Shown here: piece by piece, positions 35,003 to 49,147 of the stretch | Numbering within the stretch: position 1 is the stretch's first letter | How the letters are laid out: each line of letters begins with the position of its first letter | Assembly (NCBI RefSeq): GCF_964204865.1 | Contig: NC_135252.1 | Location: forward strand, 4,464,001-4,528,000 | DNA length: 64,000 nt | Direction of reading: 5' to 3' | Source of the DNA: Styela clava | Taxonomy: Eukaryota | The notes under the pieces: generated by a model | Told to the model about the DNA's origin: nothing | What the model saw: the letters and a program-made list of their open reading frames with translations, nothing else | Database searches by the model: none | Made by a program: the position numbers and the translations under genes

Positions 35003-36138
35003 GCAGGGTTGCACAACCTATCCGTCGAAGATGAATTGTGAGACCGTGATGGTGCGTGTGTTCCAAATGCGAAATAAGACAACGCGTGCTTAAGTTCATA
35101 ATGTTTTTGTAGTATCGTTATCTTGCCGCGATGTCACCAAAATTAATGATCGAATTTATGTTTGAGGAATTGGAGCTTGTAAAGAAGCTACTGTTATTTG
35201 CAAGTTGATTACATTTTCCAAAATTCTTTGAAAAGTATCGTTTTGACTATATTTAGGTAGAAATGCCATTGTTAAGGATGTAAGTTCCAGAATTTCGAAC
35301 CAGAGCAATTTAAAAAAACAAACTGATTGATTCTGTTTAAGGAAAATTCAGTTAAATGAGGCAATTGCGTGACTCTGTGCGTTTTCTCAACATCGACCAA
35401 AATCGTCTCTTCGTTTATTTTCTTTGCTTTTGCAAGGCCACCCTTCTGGGGTTGCTATATTCCATAGAGATCACATTTAGAGCTGGAGCACGAAATCCCA
35501 ACATTTTGTTAAAGCTGCACCTTAGAGGTCAGGTCCAAGCTAAAAAATGTTGCTCCTGAGCCACAGTTTGAATGTAGTTTGGCTCCAGGGATGAAGCTGA
35601 AACCTATTGCGATTTCTTACCATCTCCTCAGTCCGGTCACAGTTTTGGAGGAACCAATGGTTTCGCTCAATTTTGAGGACCACTTAAAATGTTAAGAAGT
35701 TTTACAAATATGTCATTATATAAAAGCGCTTCTCTGGAGTACCAATATAGTAACATGAATTTATCATTCTTCATTAAAAACATGGTCTGTGATGTTTTCC
35801 TCGTACTCTTGTATTTCTTTAAAATCTTGGCGCAAACTATACTAAAGCACATTTGGCTGGAGTTTAACATTTTAGCAGAAACGATCACTATACATTTAAT
35901 AAAATTTTCAAAGCCGCAATTCATTGGGTATTTAATGCATAATTTGAATTAATTTTCTACTGACGTTATCCATCTCTTAGTCCATTAATATCATTTAATC
36001 ACAATTTATCATTTAGTTGTTTCGAATGTGAAGAAAGGTAACGATAATATGATGTTATATAATCGGGTTCGAAAATATTCGAATCGTAATATTCTGATTC
36101 GGAATTCGAGAATAAAATATACGATATTTACATCCCTG
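35003..36138. mobile_element. Patchwork of decayed hAT-like DNA-transposon fragments
   Basis: CAGGGTTGCACAACCT (35003), CAGGGATG (35586), and CATCCCTG (36131-36138) preceded by TTCGAA-rich subterminal repeats. No TSD pair found. Confidence 0.4.
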
Positions 36139-36346
36139 GCCATTCTTGTCGAGGTAACTGTATTTTAACGAAGAATTGTATCACTGATGCATCACTAACA
36201 GGCTGGGTCTCCACGCCAGCACATGCAATGAGGAATTTGTGGAAATTTTATTCAACCTGAATTTAGCACAGACGCAATAGAAGAATACAAGTAGGGGAAA
36301 GTCAACAAAAGCTTTGGCATTTGTCTGGCTAAACGATGCTAGATTA

Positions 36347-36588
36347 AACAAGAGAGCTATGCTCAAATATATGGACACGTAGCGCCACCCAATGGCAATA
36401 ATTTTGATGACGTCAAAGCGAAAAAAAAAAGTAATAGCATTCTGGAGAAAAATTTTATCTTTAACCACTGAAAATTTCAAAGCAATTGGTTCAGTATTCG
36501 AAGAGAAAAGCGATTTTTTAAAAATGATTGAGACAAATAACAACAAAATTTTGAAACGATCGTTATGTCCACTAAACGTGTCCAATAA
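36347..36588 (+). mobile_element. Helentron/HINE-like non-autonomous element
   Basis: Starts AACAAGAG. The 5' subterminal TATGGACACG pairs imperfectly with the 3' CGTGTCCAATA. AACAAC microsatellite near the 3' end; core shared with 8243-8410. Confidence 0.55.
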
Positions 36589-38351
36589 CATTCGTGAGAT
36601 CTGAATGTTATCTTCGGAAAGATAACTCATTCCAAATAACTGCGTAATTATTCACGTTGCCCTGTTGAGAACTTTTTGGGCCTTGTAGTAGTAGTTTTCA
36701 ACGATAGGGAGTATCGACCCTTAGTGTCATAGCTATTTTTAGTAAATTTGATAAAAGTTTAGGACGCAGACAATGAGATATCGGAATATAACTCAGAAAG
36801 GGGATCGATTTCACTGGCGGTCAGGTCCCTCTGCAATCTAGAATTCTCGGTGTCATTAAATCTCAAAACGAGATATTGATATTACATAGGTCGCCATGTT
36901 GTCGGACGTTATTGTTTCCTGAGCATCGATTTGTTTATTGCGTATTGATGGCAGTCGGTTGAAATTGAAGTTTAGACGCCGTTCAGACTTATTGGTTTGT
37001 TTTTATGTGCCATATGTCAGTTTTTATTAGTGTCTCTAAAATTTTGACAAAAATAAAATAACTCTTTCAATCGTGAAAAATTCTTCCTGTACTCATACCA
37101 TTGACTAATTTTAGTGCCTCTTTTAAGAGTATTCTACGAGTTGGCGTTTGCAAACTGTTTTGTTCTCGAATACTTAATTAGTACCATTAAAAATACTGAA
37201 CGTAGTACAGTAATATAACCTAATCGTTTTTTATTTTATTTCGGTACTTCAATTAAACTAAAGTTTGCACGCGTGACTTAGTTTTGAGCAATTTTTTTTT
37301 ATAATAAGACAAAATGACCGTTTGATTCAAACCTACATTCTAAAAACATAGTAGAATTTGATTAATGACGCCTGACATTACGAAAATTAGTCGATGTTTA
37401 CGACCATGCTCGAAAATAGCGTTTGAGCGGTTGATTAAATTTAAATTGTTTCCGTTAACATTTTGCTGTTTAGCCATTGTGTCGGAAATAAACTAGGACG
37501 TCGTTTCCCAGGGAAACGTTTATTACACGGAACAGAATCTTCTTAAAAACTAAATACATGATTGGTGTATTTCCCTTTGCCATAAAATAACCTGCAGGAC
37601 TCTAACGGAACACCGGTTGAAAACAAGACTGTTTATCCGATACAAGTTAGGTCTAAAATTGTTTTTGTTGCCCACAATAGTTATGAAAACTGTCATTTCA
37701 AATGTTTGCCTGTAGGTCAAAACCACACCTTTTACTACATATTCTATAATAGTTAATGAGTGGAATTCATTAAGACGCCCTGCGCAAGACGGTGCTATCC
37801 TGGATATATGATGCAGGGTCTCACTGACAGCCAGTGAATCTTCACAGTAGACGGACCCTATCCTTCCCTAGTGATGAGCAAGAAAACAGACTTTTGTAAA
37901 CGGAAATTTCATTTCTTAATTACTTAGACTAAACATGCAAATTACAAAATATCGGTACATCAAAAACAAGCCAGGCAAACTATTCTTAATTTATGAAAAG
38001 AGATGAACCTGATGTTTGGTGCGGACAGTACTAGGTTAATGATTAAACAATTTGAGCAATTGATGCTTTGAACATGGGCAGCCAAATCGATTCTCGGACT
38101 TCCATCCATGAATTGAATACTTTGTATGTAAATTTGATTGTGTATGGATCAATTCTGTCAAGAAAATTTTGTTCGGGCAAAGGAGTTTCAAGAAGAAATA
38201 AAAGCAAGTGCAAAATTACATAACTTGCATAGCAAGTAATAAATAGATTGCGATTTATGAACCAACCATACAAATAGTACAGCAATGTTGATAACTAGAT
38301 ACCTGGAACAAATATTTCCAGATTTGAGATCAATTGTTGGCTATTTAAATG

Positions 38352-38811
38352 GACGCATGTTCACTGAAAAACGTAAATACTTCTATTTGGAATGGCACAA
38401 CCAATTTTGCATATGTTATTCCTAACCCCCACCTGGTCCCGTCATCCAAAGATTATGTCACAGACGTCACTACAACCTCACGATCCTATCAAAGAGTTGC
38501 CAGAGTTTAGTCACGAACGCCCGAAATGGCATCTTCGCCAATGATAACAAACTCGCTAAGGCCAGCGATCTCTCTCATATCGGGATCGTTACGCCGAGAA
38601 AACGAGAGAAAAAGCACACTCGATTTCGGGTGATCGTCCGTGCGTCTTGTATGACAGTTTGTATAGCTTGTTCGGCCTTATTACATCACTATGACTTCGT
38701 AGTGACGTAATATTTGATTGACATAGTAAGGTGGGGGTTAGGAATAACATATGCAAAAATAGTTGTGCCACACCAAATAGAAAAACTTACGACATGTTGT
38801 GAGCATGTCCC
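38352..38811. mobile_element. Palindromic MITE, second full copy, with an 8-bp TSD
   Basis: TTTAAATG at 38344-38351 and 38812-38819. Long imperfect TIRs. The core CGCCCGAAATGGCATC...CAGCGATCTCTCTC.TATCGGGATCGTT...GAGAAAACGAGAGAAA is shared with 8640-9091. Confidence 0.88.
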
Positions 38812-39147
38812 TTTAAATGCGCATGAACTCAGGGTTATGTAGGGAGAGATGGACCTGAATATAATGGTAAGGTTTTGCTAATTCTTTTGGGTGAGAAGAA
38901 ATCTAGAAAATGATGATCTTCGGGGTTTCAAATGTGGACAAAATATTTTCATTTACATCAATACATAAAGTATTAGCTACTATACCATTCGCATCACAAT
39001 ATTACACTTCTGGTACTGTGGTATAGAAACGTTGCACTTAGTACAATAGAAAATAGAATGTACCTCCTCAGATATAAAATTTAATGAGGTATTATACATT
39101 GGTATTAAATTTCCTAAAACATATGTCAATTATAATAATAATCATCA

Positions 39148-42100
39148 TTAAACTTCCTCTGATAATTTAATCTTTTTTTCATCTTTCTTTGATTGAATTA
39201 ATCCAATAATTTGATGTAATTGATCTGCAGTGACTGAAACGTCCTCACTGTCCAATGCCTAAAAAGAATACAACATTCTGTTTGAGAAAAAATTGAACTC
39301 TTACGAATATGGCTTAGTATAAATTTAACAGTTTGAAATATAATTTTGTAAATTGTTTGTTTGGGTGACCTGACAATACTTCACAAATTTGTCCAAAAAT
39401 ACGAAACCACTCCTTAAAATAGAGACATGAATCGGAGATAAATTGATGATGAAACTGAAAACCAAGGATGGCTATAACAAAAATATCTTCAATTTCAAAC
39501 CCTGTTCTACATTATTAGAAGTTGAATGAAGTCTATTGTAAATAATTTGTAATGCTTAACCGCAAGCAATAGCTGAAAATGAATAGGTAATAGCTGAAAA
39601 TGAAAAATTCTGAAATAATATTCTGAATTATCCCTAAACTTGATATACCGGTATCATATATAATATGACCAATTTCGAACAAATTTGAATATTCAATTTG
39701 TTTTGGAATCCTTTCCACAAATATATAAATTTAACTGAGATAATTTCGATAAGCATGGCAAACTGAACTATCTTTAGGTTTCGTTATCTGTATTTCAGAA
39801 AAATACCTTCATTTGTTAAAATGGTAATTCAAAATTTGTCGTGCCCACCTGCATAATAGGTTGCTTATTTATTAGACAACTTCTCAATATTCAGAACCAT
39901 TCTCTTCACAGAATATCAAAAATAAAACATTTTCTCACCTCAAAAGCAGTCATGACTTCTGATAGGTCTATTTCCCCATCTTTATCGATATCTAACAGAT
40001 GTGCTATACTGTGTAGTTTTTCTTGTGGTATTTCAGATAAATGTTGTAAACTATTCTTCAATTCATTGACAGAAATAGATTGCTTTTCAGATTCATCATC
40101 TTCTAGAAAGAATATTACATATTTATTATTAAATTTAGTAAGATAACAGAACCTTGCAAACTCTGAATTTGTAAAACGAAATGCTATAAAAACACCATAA
40201 CTGCAAGAGCATTCAGTCTAGAAGTCACGTTCGACTTTTAGTAGTAAAAATGCAAATGTATCCTAGGTCTGATTCTTTCATTTATTTTCAAAATTATTTT
40301 GGCTCCAAGGGACCAATGTTGTACCCCAAATTTTCTTAATTTTAAAAAAGATTATGAAAGCCTTTTAGTTCTAAAATAATGGCTGACGGTACCACCTTCA
40401 CTTACATATATTTGATCATACCTCTATCAGTCAATATAATAAATCCCAGGTGGTCAGCATCACAAATAAAAGAAAACAAAGTCAATGGTGAAAATGCAGA
40501 TTTTACTAGTGAGCTATGGACATTAATACACAAATGCCTGCATTTTGTGAGAATGGTATTTTATAATTAAATTCGATTGACTATTGTTAATTTTACCAGT
40601 AAAAAAATAAAAATAAAACTGTAACTAACACAATCTTTGCAAAGGGAACCTATTTGAGTAAAGCTGTGTTTGCTGTTATAATATTATTAAGTACAAGGTA
40701 ACAGAACACCATCATAATCCGTAAACCTACACAACCAAATAACAAGAATTAAAATCACAAAATGGATTATGTACCGTATTTCAAATTAATACAGATCAGG
40801 TTACCTGTCTTATTCCTAGCATTTTCTCGTTGATCTAGTTCTGCTACAATTTCATCCATGTTTCCAATAAATCCAGCGATTTTCTTCTGTAATCTGGAAC
40901 TTGCTTTCTTTTCTTTCATTAAAATTTCATCCTCTTCTGAACTCAAATTTCTATCCAACTTCAAAACATCCTGAACAAATATCAAATTTTTAAAATAAGC
41001 ATTCTAAAACTTGAATACAAGCAGAGGGAAATTATTTGAACACCAGCTTCCAGCTTATTTGATGAACAAACTTACTCAGTAGATTTAACCTATTTTGGCA
41101 CCCCATACCGTAAATTTATTTTTATGATTCCGTATAATTTTCAATACCCGACTGATGCCAACTGTCACCCAGGTGGGACATCAGATAGTGGCACCCAATA
41201 TTCTCATTGAAATGAAAACTTTGGACAACTTGTTAAAAGAAACAAATGAATGTGGTCTGGGATAAACAACACAGATTGTACGAATAATTTTATCATCAAT
41301 GCATATTCATCTATTAAAAAAAGCTTCATTTCACAGATCACGAATACATTTTAGGTACTCCCGTAGTATGTGTACAGGGTTAGAGTTAGGGCATAATTTT
41401 ATTCTGATTTTCCTTATTTTAGTTCTATTACAAGTTTGGGGACTGTTTGTGTAAGCCAAGTGAATATACTCCCTGCCCATAGGCTTCCGTCCCCTCACAT
41501 AACTCAATGTAAAAAACGGTAGGCAAACAAAATTAGTTATCTCCATATTGGTACACATACTTCTTCTGGAGCGCCCAATTTTCATTATTAAATCACTATA
41601 AAGTATATGAAAAAATTTGAAAATAGGACTTGCAGCTCAAATAAACTTCCATTTAAAAAAAATATTTAAATTCAAGCCACCAAAGCTGAAAAATCGAACA
41701 AAGAAGACTCACTTGTTGGTACTCAACCAAATCTTCTCTCAGATCTTCTAACTCAGATTTTGTTTTATTGAGTGAGTCTTCTTTTGCCATTAAACCAATA
41801 GCTTTGTCAAGGGCATCAATCTCTTCTCGAGTAATTTCCTCTAGCAACACAGGAGCTTTATCCGTGAGAACTGGGCCATCAGCTATTTTTTTCTCTGACT
41901 CCAGAACTTCAGAGATGATTGCTGCTTTATCTTTGAGCTCAGATAAAGTGTCTTTCAATACAGGCTGTCCAAAAAAAAGAATCACATTAAGTGGAACTAT
42001 AACAAAGTTCATAAAACAACATCTGATGCAAAGGCTATTAAAACGATTTTTGAGACAAAAATCTAAAAGGCTCAACAAAAAAATTCGCACATGTAAATGT

Positions 42101-45100
42101 AATACTTACCTGTAAAAACTTGTGCAGCATTAAAAAATGAAATATTTCTGAATTTTTCACTCAAATCCAAGTCACAAATAAAATCACCTAGGCACCTCGC
42201 AAACAAAACAAAAACTCAGGTAATTTGGAACATATTCTAGTGAGAAAATAACTGTGCAACACGTCCTAGATCACTGAAACTTTTGTGTACAATCATACAC
42301 AAACATAAGTTCGAAGTGCTGAAAAACGTCCTTCGTTTTTGTATAAGTAAACAATAAATTTATGGATTCTGGTTTTTTTTCACCCCATATGTAAGATTGA
42401 ATCTTTCGCATAAGAACATAGATAAGATACTACTTTGCTATGTGATTTAGATTTTGAACATTTTACAACAACAGTGAAGCCTGAGTGCTCCAACTTCTAA
42501 GTATGCTCTGCTTTTATAGGTGATTCAAATGACAGAAAAATGTATACCCCTTCATCAACAACTTCAGCCTCCATCTCTCTCCTTTTCTTTTGTTCCTCTG
42601 CATCTTTCCTAACTTTTTCTTTTTGTTTCTCTTCTTTTTCTTCTTTTGCAATTTCAAGCTGTTCCTGTTTTGTGACCTTATATCTGTGGAGATAAAGTTA
42701 ACTGAGTAAAGAAATCAGCAAACTCCATGAATTACATAAGAGGAAAACTTGTAGTTGTGAGTTTTCTTGTAGCACACCAAAGAGCTCAAAATAATTTCCC
42801 ACAATTAGTCATTCAGGACTTTGTTTGTGACATATAACACTCATAACAGTTATAGGACAAAAAAACAATGGTAAATGAAAACATGATAAGGCTCATAGTC
42901 ATAATATGGCCTCATTTGCATACAACTCCACACACAGATGTCCAATGCAGTCAATAGCATCATATAAATAACTGATGACAAGGAAACAACAATTTTTTAC
43001 TACAATCACAAATAAGCCTTGGTGCAAACCATATTTAGATCTAAGCCATTAACAGATATTCCTATAAATCATGATTTCAGACCCTAATTTTTATACAAAA
43101 ATGTTTGTCTGTCTGTCAATTACATGGCCACCAAAGTCAGACAAGGGTTACAATTTGACTAAGCTATCTTATCAACATTTCTCTCCCCTGGGATGAATAT
43201 GAAATCCTATTCTAAACAACCATTTATATGGATCTACTTGAACTTTTATAATGTTGCGAGCATAACTGATCTTTTTAGTAACTAGTATATATTAAGGCAG
43301 TCAACCTCTTTGTGTTATCGATTCTTTCACAATTCAATTCAGCCGCTCGAACTTCTGCTTCATCTGCGATTTTCTCTGGCAATGCAGAAATAGCCTGCTT
43401 CACCATAGTTTCAACAGGAACATTTTCAGGCATGAAAAGTACTCTACTCAACAAAAGAAGAGAACTCGGAACATCGTGATTTAAGTGAAGATCAATCCAC
43501 TGTTGAAGTTGTTGTTTTATTCGCTGCTCGGACACACCAAGAGCTCTCATTCCTCTGGCCTGGAATGAAAAAAGAAAGAAAATAGTGAAAACTGGGCTGT
43601 GTTTAAATTCCCAGTGTGACTATGTCTTCTGTAGCAAAAGTTATAGCCAGGAACAGAGAATGGATAATGCATAATATGCTACACTGAAATCAAAAACAGA
43701 AGAGGTCTACCAATTGTTCTACCAGTGTATTGCACCAGGCCACCAGACCACGTCCGCTGTATAACAGCAAAAATGATCATCAATTGATCAACGTGTTACT
43801 TCCTTTCACAGGTCATAGAAACAGAACGTGTGGCATGATGATTGGTTAATTACAGGGTACGGTCATGTTACAACTATCATAACTTGTATAGTCCTTCAAA
43901 ATAAGATTATACCACTACTTCTTAATTAATACATAACAGAATATACTTCTGGACAAAAAAACTGGCCCAAGGCTATGAATAATTAATTATCCAGAAGGAT
44001 TTAATATTCCAAGTGCTCAGCGATTATGCAAATCAATTCATCAGCATTTCAGGAAGACAAAATGTTTCATTATTATTTCACCATTTACTACAAGTTGATG
44101 AAATAAGGTTAAGCATTTCGATAATGAAATATTTTTCAAGCACAGTAATGTAAATTTGCACCAAAATATAAGAATCAAAATCAGTCTAAAATGCACAAAA
44201 TAATATATATTAATTCCATTCAGGGCACGAATCGTATCCATTGTAACTGTATATTAGTTTTTATTCCCTAGTGACAAGACAAATTACAAAGGTTCTAAGA
44301 TATTTATTAAACAAGAGGTTATCATTGGATAGACAGGCATTGTGGGAGTATCGAATTTAAAATAAGGATTTGAATTCATGTGTACTATAGAATTGGATGA
44401 AATGCATTTTAGGTTCTTGCAATTATGCATATAGATCAGGGGTCGGGAACCTTTTTTGCCAAGAGAGCCATAAAAGATACATATTTTCAATTGCATTTTC
44501 GTGCGAGCCATACGGAATTTTCATTCCCTAATCATGTCTTGAATTTTCACTCAAAAGTCAACACATACAGTGCCTCAAGATACATTTAATGTAATTTCTG
44601 ATGCTGCAAGTTGTCGCTGATGGCCTTGAACGACTGCTCACATGCAACACATGTTGAAATCCACGATACTAATCGCCTTTTTTACTAAGCATCTTCGTAT
44701 TGCTTATAATAATCTAAATATTACTAGGGTTACCATATTTTTGTGACTTCAAATCGGGACGCCTCGAAAGACAACGACCCCTTAGCTGTGATTTTATAAC
44801 TTCACATTTTCCGATTTTACTACATAGGCCTACATTCCTACATTTAAAGCTGTCTCGGCTGTCTTTATTGACCATATTGTGATCGAAATTTCATGCGCAT
44901 ATTCTCTGTCAAAATATCGGGTTCAGTTCGAAAAATAGAAAGGAATTGACGTTAACGATACCGGTACAAATAATTCGAATTTAGACTAATTAGTATTGGT
45001 TTTACATGCGATATGTCTGCCATCAATGGGAATCAGTGGGAAACGAACGCATTCGCCTTCAGTAAGTAGGCTAGCGCTGCGCTACAAAGAAACAACAGTA

Positions 45101-47962
45101 ACGAGAACATGTTTGTGTATTATGCTGGAAAAGCGGGACGGAATGCTTTTCGCTTCGTTTACCAACTTTAAATCGCTTGGTGATGTCACAAAATATGTTC
45201 CAGAATTATTTAGTTTTGTCGCAATGTCTATCTGGCACTTCTCTCACATAACATTATAACATAGCATGTTCTTAAACGTAATGGCTAATGCTATCCCACA
45301 TTTAGCTATATATATATAGTTTGATATCTGGTAACAATAATTAGCTTATTCTTGGAATATCGAATTCTCTGGGAGCCATATGTCGTCACCAAAAGAGCCA
45401 TATATGGCTCGCGAGCCATGGGTTCCCGACAACTGATATAGATAGTAAAAGTAATATTATTTAAAACAAGAGAGCGCAAAAATACAAGAACCGAAAGTCA
45501 AATGACTACATGGGCTGAATTTTATTTTAAAGAATTGTAACATGTCATGTGACAGTCTGCTTGTGAATTGCATAAACATGCTGAATCGAGGGTAATAAGA
45601 TGAGCTTCGTAAGATTTAAAAGAGAAAATAAAAGCCATTTAAGAACTTCTTTAAGTACCGAAAATTTAAAATCCTTTAGTTCAATTATCAGCAAAGTGAT
45701 ATTTTTAAAAGTACATAAAAATATCTCAAGGTCAAGAAGCAACTCAAACCTCAAGTGTTAATTAGGGCTGGGCACTACGAATCGAATATTCAAATCGGTT
45801 CAGAGCAAAATTTCGAATCGCCGCCATTTTGCTTTTTCCCGCCAATGGTTAAGGTGAATTACCCAATTTTTTTATTATTGAAGCCCTATTTTTTCAATAC
45901 AATTCTGACATGTGACTATTATGTGTAGTGAGTTATTAATAAATAAGTGTCTTTCTTCATGGTGTGTGAAGTTGTGAACGTTCCGCAATCTGTCTTAGTG
46001 ATTTGTTATGTTTTCGGTAATACATTTGTTGACGACCAATTACAATAAAAAAGTAACATATAATCACATATCTCCCTTTGACTCCCAAGTATTCGAGATT
46101 CGATTCAAAAAAAATATTCGACTGATTCTGAAATCATCAGGTATTCCAAAATGCCCAGCCCTAGTGTTATTTTCAACAACAAATTGTAGCTTAACAATGT
46201 TATCAATAGTATAATTTACCGCTTGTATATGACAGTTATAAATATGATGAATTATAAAATATTGATCAGGAAACTAACTAACTTGACATGCTGTTTGTAA
46301 TTCTTGTGCTGTCATGTTATCAATGCCTTCTCTTTGAATAAGAGTGTCATCAGCATGCAACCTATTCAACTTCATTTGCAATAAAAATCGAAGTAGATTG
46401 TTACTTCCCACAGCAGGTACTTGGATGAGCCTGAAAATTGAATGAATAATAAATAGATGATTCCATTATCAAATTCAGTCTTCCTTGAAATTAATTGAAA
46501 ATATCCAAATGTTTGTTTATTGAAGCTCAAATTTTGTAGCCAAATGGATCAATATATCAAAATATATTTTTCTTGTATTCTGAAATTCAATTTTAGTGAG
46601 TCGAATACAAAAATGCATTATTTACTTAGTTTGAACGAAATAATATTTTTGAAGCCGAGGAAATCGCTTATAAAACAAAATAATAATTTGCAACTTTTAC
46701 AAAGATCAAACAACTTGCATTTCAATTGTATCACTATTCCAATTTAGCGAAATCTTTCCATTTATATTTTTTTCCTATAGAATTTAAACCGACATCTTTT
46801 TTAAACAATTTTTGGTTCTGATTTTAGCAATAATATTTTGCAAAACTACTTCAATTAAAAGACTGGTCTCAACAACCTTTCAGTCAATTTCTCAAAAATG
46901 CCAATAATGAGTAAAATTCAGCAATATTTATATACTATCACACACAAAATCGTATTACCTGCACAATGCAACAAGTTGAGGTCTGGTCATGCTGTCCAAC
47001 GTCAATTCATCTTCAAACAATTTAGCATGTTTCAAAATTTCTTCATTTGTTGGCTCTTCATCAGTAGTTCGAATTTTTTGAAAAAAAGTGGCAAAATCTT
47101 CTGTGGCCTGATTTTCTTTTGACATCTTTTTGCTTCGCATAGCAATATCTTCTACCGTATCTTGCATAAACTTGGCCATTTGCAATTTAACAGACAGTTC
47201 TTTTCTTAATCGAGCTTCACGAGCTGTTTTATCCTCAAAAGTAGAAGGAAGAAGTCTTGGGAAGAGGCTGACCACCACTGGCAATGCAAATTCAGCAAAC
47301 GGGATAATTATGAAAACACTAAAAGGAGCAAGCCGAAATATATCTGATACCGCTCTTTTGAATTGATTTCGTTCTCGCCGAACTACTGGTTTTCCGTTCA
47401 ATATTTTCCACAGTGTTTTCCATGCAATTCTAATGTCCAATCCAAGAAGTCGAAAACCATGATAATAATGTTTCAACTCCGCTACAAATCTATCCCATAA
47501 CGGTTTCTTTGGGGGAGTGGCTACTGAGCTAGATGTGGTTTCTGTCGCTGTAGGTTTTTTATCAGAAGAAAGATTTTTGTCCGCTTCAGTCTTTTTCAAT
47601 TTAGCCTTCAATGTATCTTCTACTTTTGATTTATCAAAATTAACACTTGCAGCATGGATATTTCTTGAGATTGTGTGGTGTAGACCAATATTAGAATGGT
47701 GCCTCAAAAGGATGGGATAGGAAGAAGATATAGAGTCAACTTTGCATCTGTGGTTAGATGATGAAAATATATAAGAAGTGCAATCAGGTCTTCTCCTGCT
47801 GTAACTGAATGGATGTATCGAAAACCATCCCGATGCAGAATGTGTTGAATATTGGTGACATTGTTTAGGAATTCCATACAAGAACTGAACTTTTCTTTTA
47901 TTGTTTAAAGTCAGTGAATAAATTCTTTGTAATTCTTTAGTGCCATGACGTAAATGAGACAT
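39148..47962 (-). CDS. LETM1: Mitochondrial LETM1 (cation/H+ exchanger with EF hand)
   Basis: Exons 47962-46959, 46430-46283, 43559-43306, 42683-42548, ~41963-41713, ~40970-40806, ~40101-39939, ~39258-39148. [52 protein letters not shown]; EF loop [12 protein letters not shown]; basic N-terminal presequence. Confidence 0.96.
41354..41577 (+). mobile_element. GGGTTAG-containing MITE, copy 2 (LETM1 intron)
   Basis: GGTACTCCCGTAGTATGTGTACAGGGTTAGAGTTAGGG ... TGGTACACATACTTCTTCTGGAGCGCCC. Confidence 0.85.
43163..43213 (+). mobile_element. SINE 3'-tail fragment (a similar fragment lies at ~52455-52510)
   Basis: TCTTATCAACATTTCTCTCCCCTGGGATGAATATGAAATCCTATTC. Confidence 0.6.
44437..45435. mobile_element. 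hAT (Charlie-like) non-autonomous element, 999 bp
   Basis: TIRs CAGGGGTCGGGAACC / GGTTCCCGACAACTG; perfect 8-bp TSD ATATAGAT; GAGCCA subterminal repeats. Confidence 0.92.
45763..46163. mobile_element. hAT (Ac-like) MITE, 401 bp
   Basis: TIRs TAGGGCTGGGCA / TGCCCAGCCCTA; TSD GTGTTAAT/GTGTTATT; CGAAT/ATTCG subterminal repeats. Confidence 0.9.
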
Positions 47963-49147
47963 GTTTTATCCAGTTGTTTCAGATGTTATAATAACGCACA
48001 GTGTCACAATATATTAGCATGATTCCTATAAGCGCTTGTTCTTAACTAATTTTAACTGAGTTGATAAATTAAAATTTTTATGCTAAAATATATTTCACTT
48101 ATTTATTCAAATTAATGTAAAATAATACAGATAACAGTGCATTGCACAGCCAGACAGATTTTGACAAATTTTCCAAGGTGATTTTGGCCCAAACAATAAA
48201 ATTTTGGTGGCCGATAAAAAAGGAAATTGTTTACATACCTGTCAAATAAAATAATTGTTCAGTATATGACAACATATATTTGTAGATAACAATCAAGAAG
48301 GTTAATTTCACATGAAGTAAAACTAATCATAATAGCCTATAAAAAACTTGGGTCAGTAACAGTAGGTCAAATAACAATAAGGTCCATTCCCAGTGCAGCA
48401 GTGCAGTGATGATTCAAAATCCCTTGCAATTTATAATAAGCCTTTGAAGTAGTTTTAAAATATTCATTAACATATAACTCTAACGTTATCAATTATTTTA
48501 TGATGATGCCTACTTCTGTATTCGCGTTGTTGATAGAATAATAGAACCCCAAATCAACATTATCCTGTTGGCCAACGGAAAGCTTGGTTCTTCTTAATAA
48601 TTTAATATTTATTATAGAGTGGTCAAATTTACTGATTTAATCAACAATTTAGATTATCGGCCATAGCCCACATCCATAATAGACTATATAACACCAATCA
48701 AGTTGTGTTATTCTGGTATTAAGCCTATTATGTTAGTAATATTACTTAGTGCAATACCGGTATACCGTACCTGCTGTGACGACCTTGACCTATGATTAAC
48801 AATGTTATGCATGGCGATGATTAAATATCACCGTGCTACTACTGCTGCCGTATTATACAGGCAACATTGGTTAAATGAAAAAGGGCGCCTCAGACGAATT
48901 CAGGTAGGTACAGCGATAATTTGTAATGTGAGAAGCTTTTCACGGCCGGACAGCAAACCTGATGCTAAAGGTCAAACGCGATGACACATGACATCGCGTG
49001 GTGGCGTGTCTTGTTATTAATGGCGTGATTCAAATGGCACTGCCACTTGCGTTTCTCATCTAGAATCGTTGACGTTGAATACAAACGTATGCGGTAGAAC
49101 TGGGAGTTACGGTAGTTGTTGAAGTTTGATGAAGCTTGAATACAAAC

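Noticed and set aside
34689-36630. ORFs of 67-149 aa from the ORF track
   Set aside because: No recognisable domains. They overlap 3' UTR or transposon debris and have the composition typical of spurious ORFs in AT-rich DNA.
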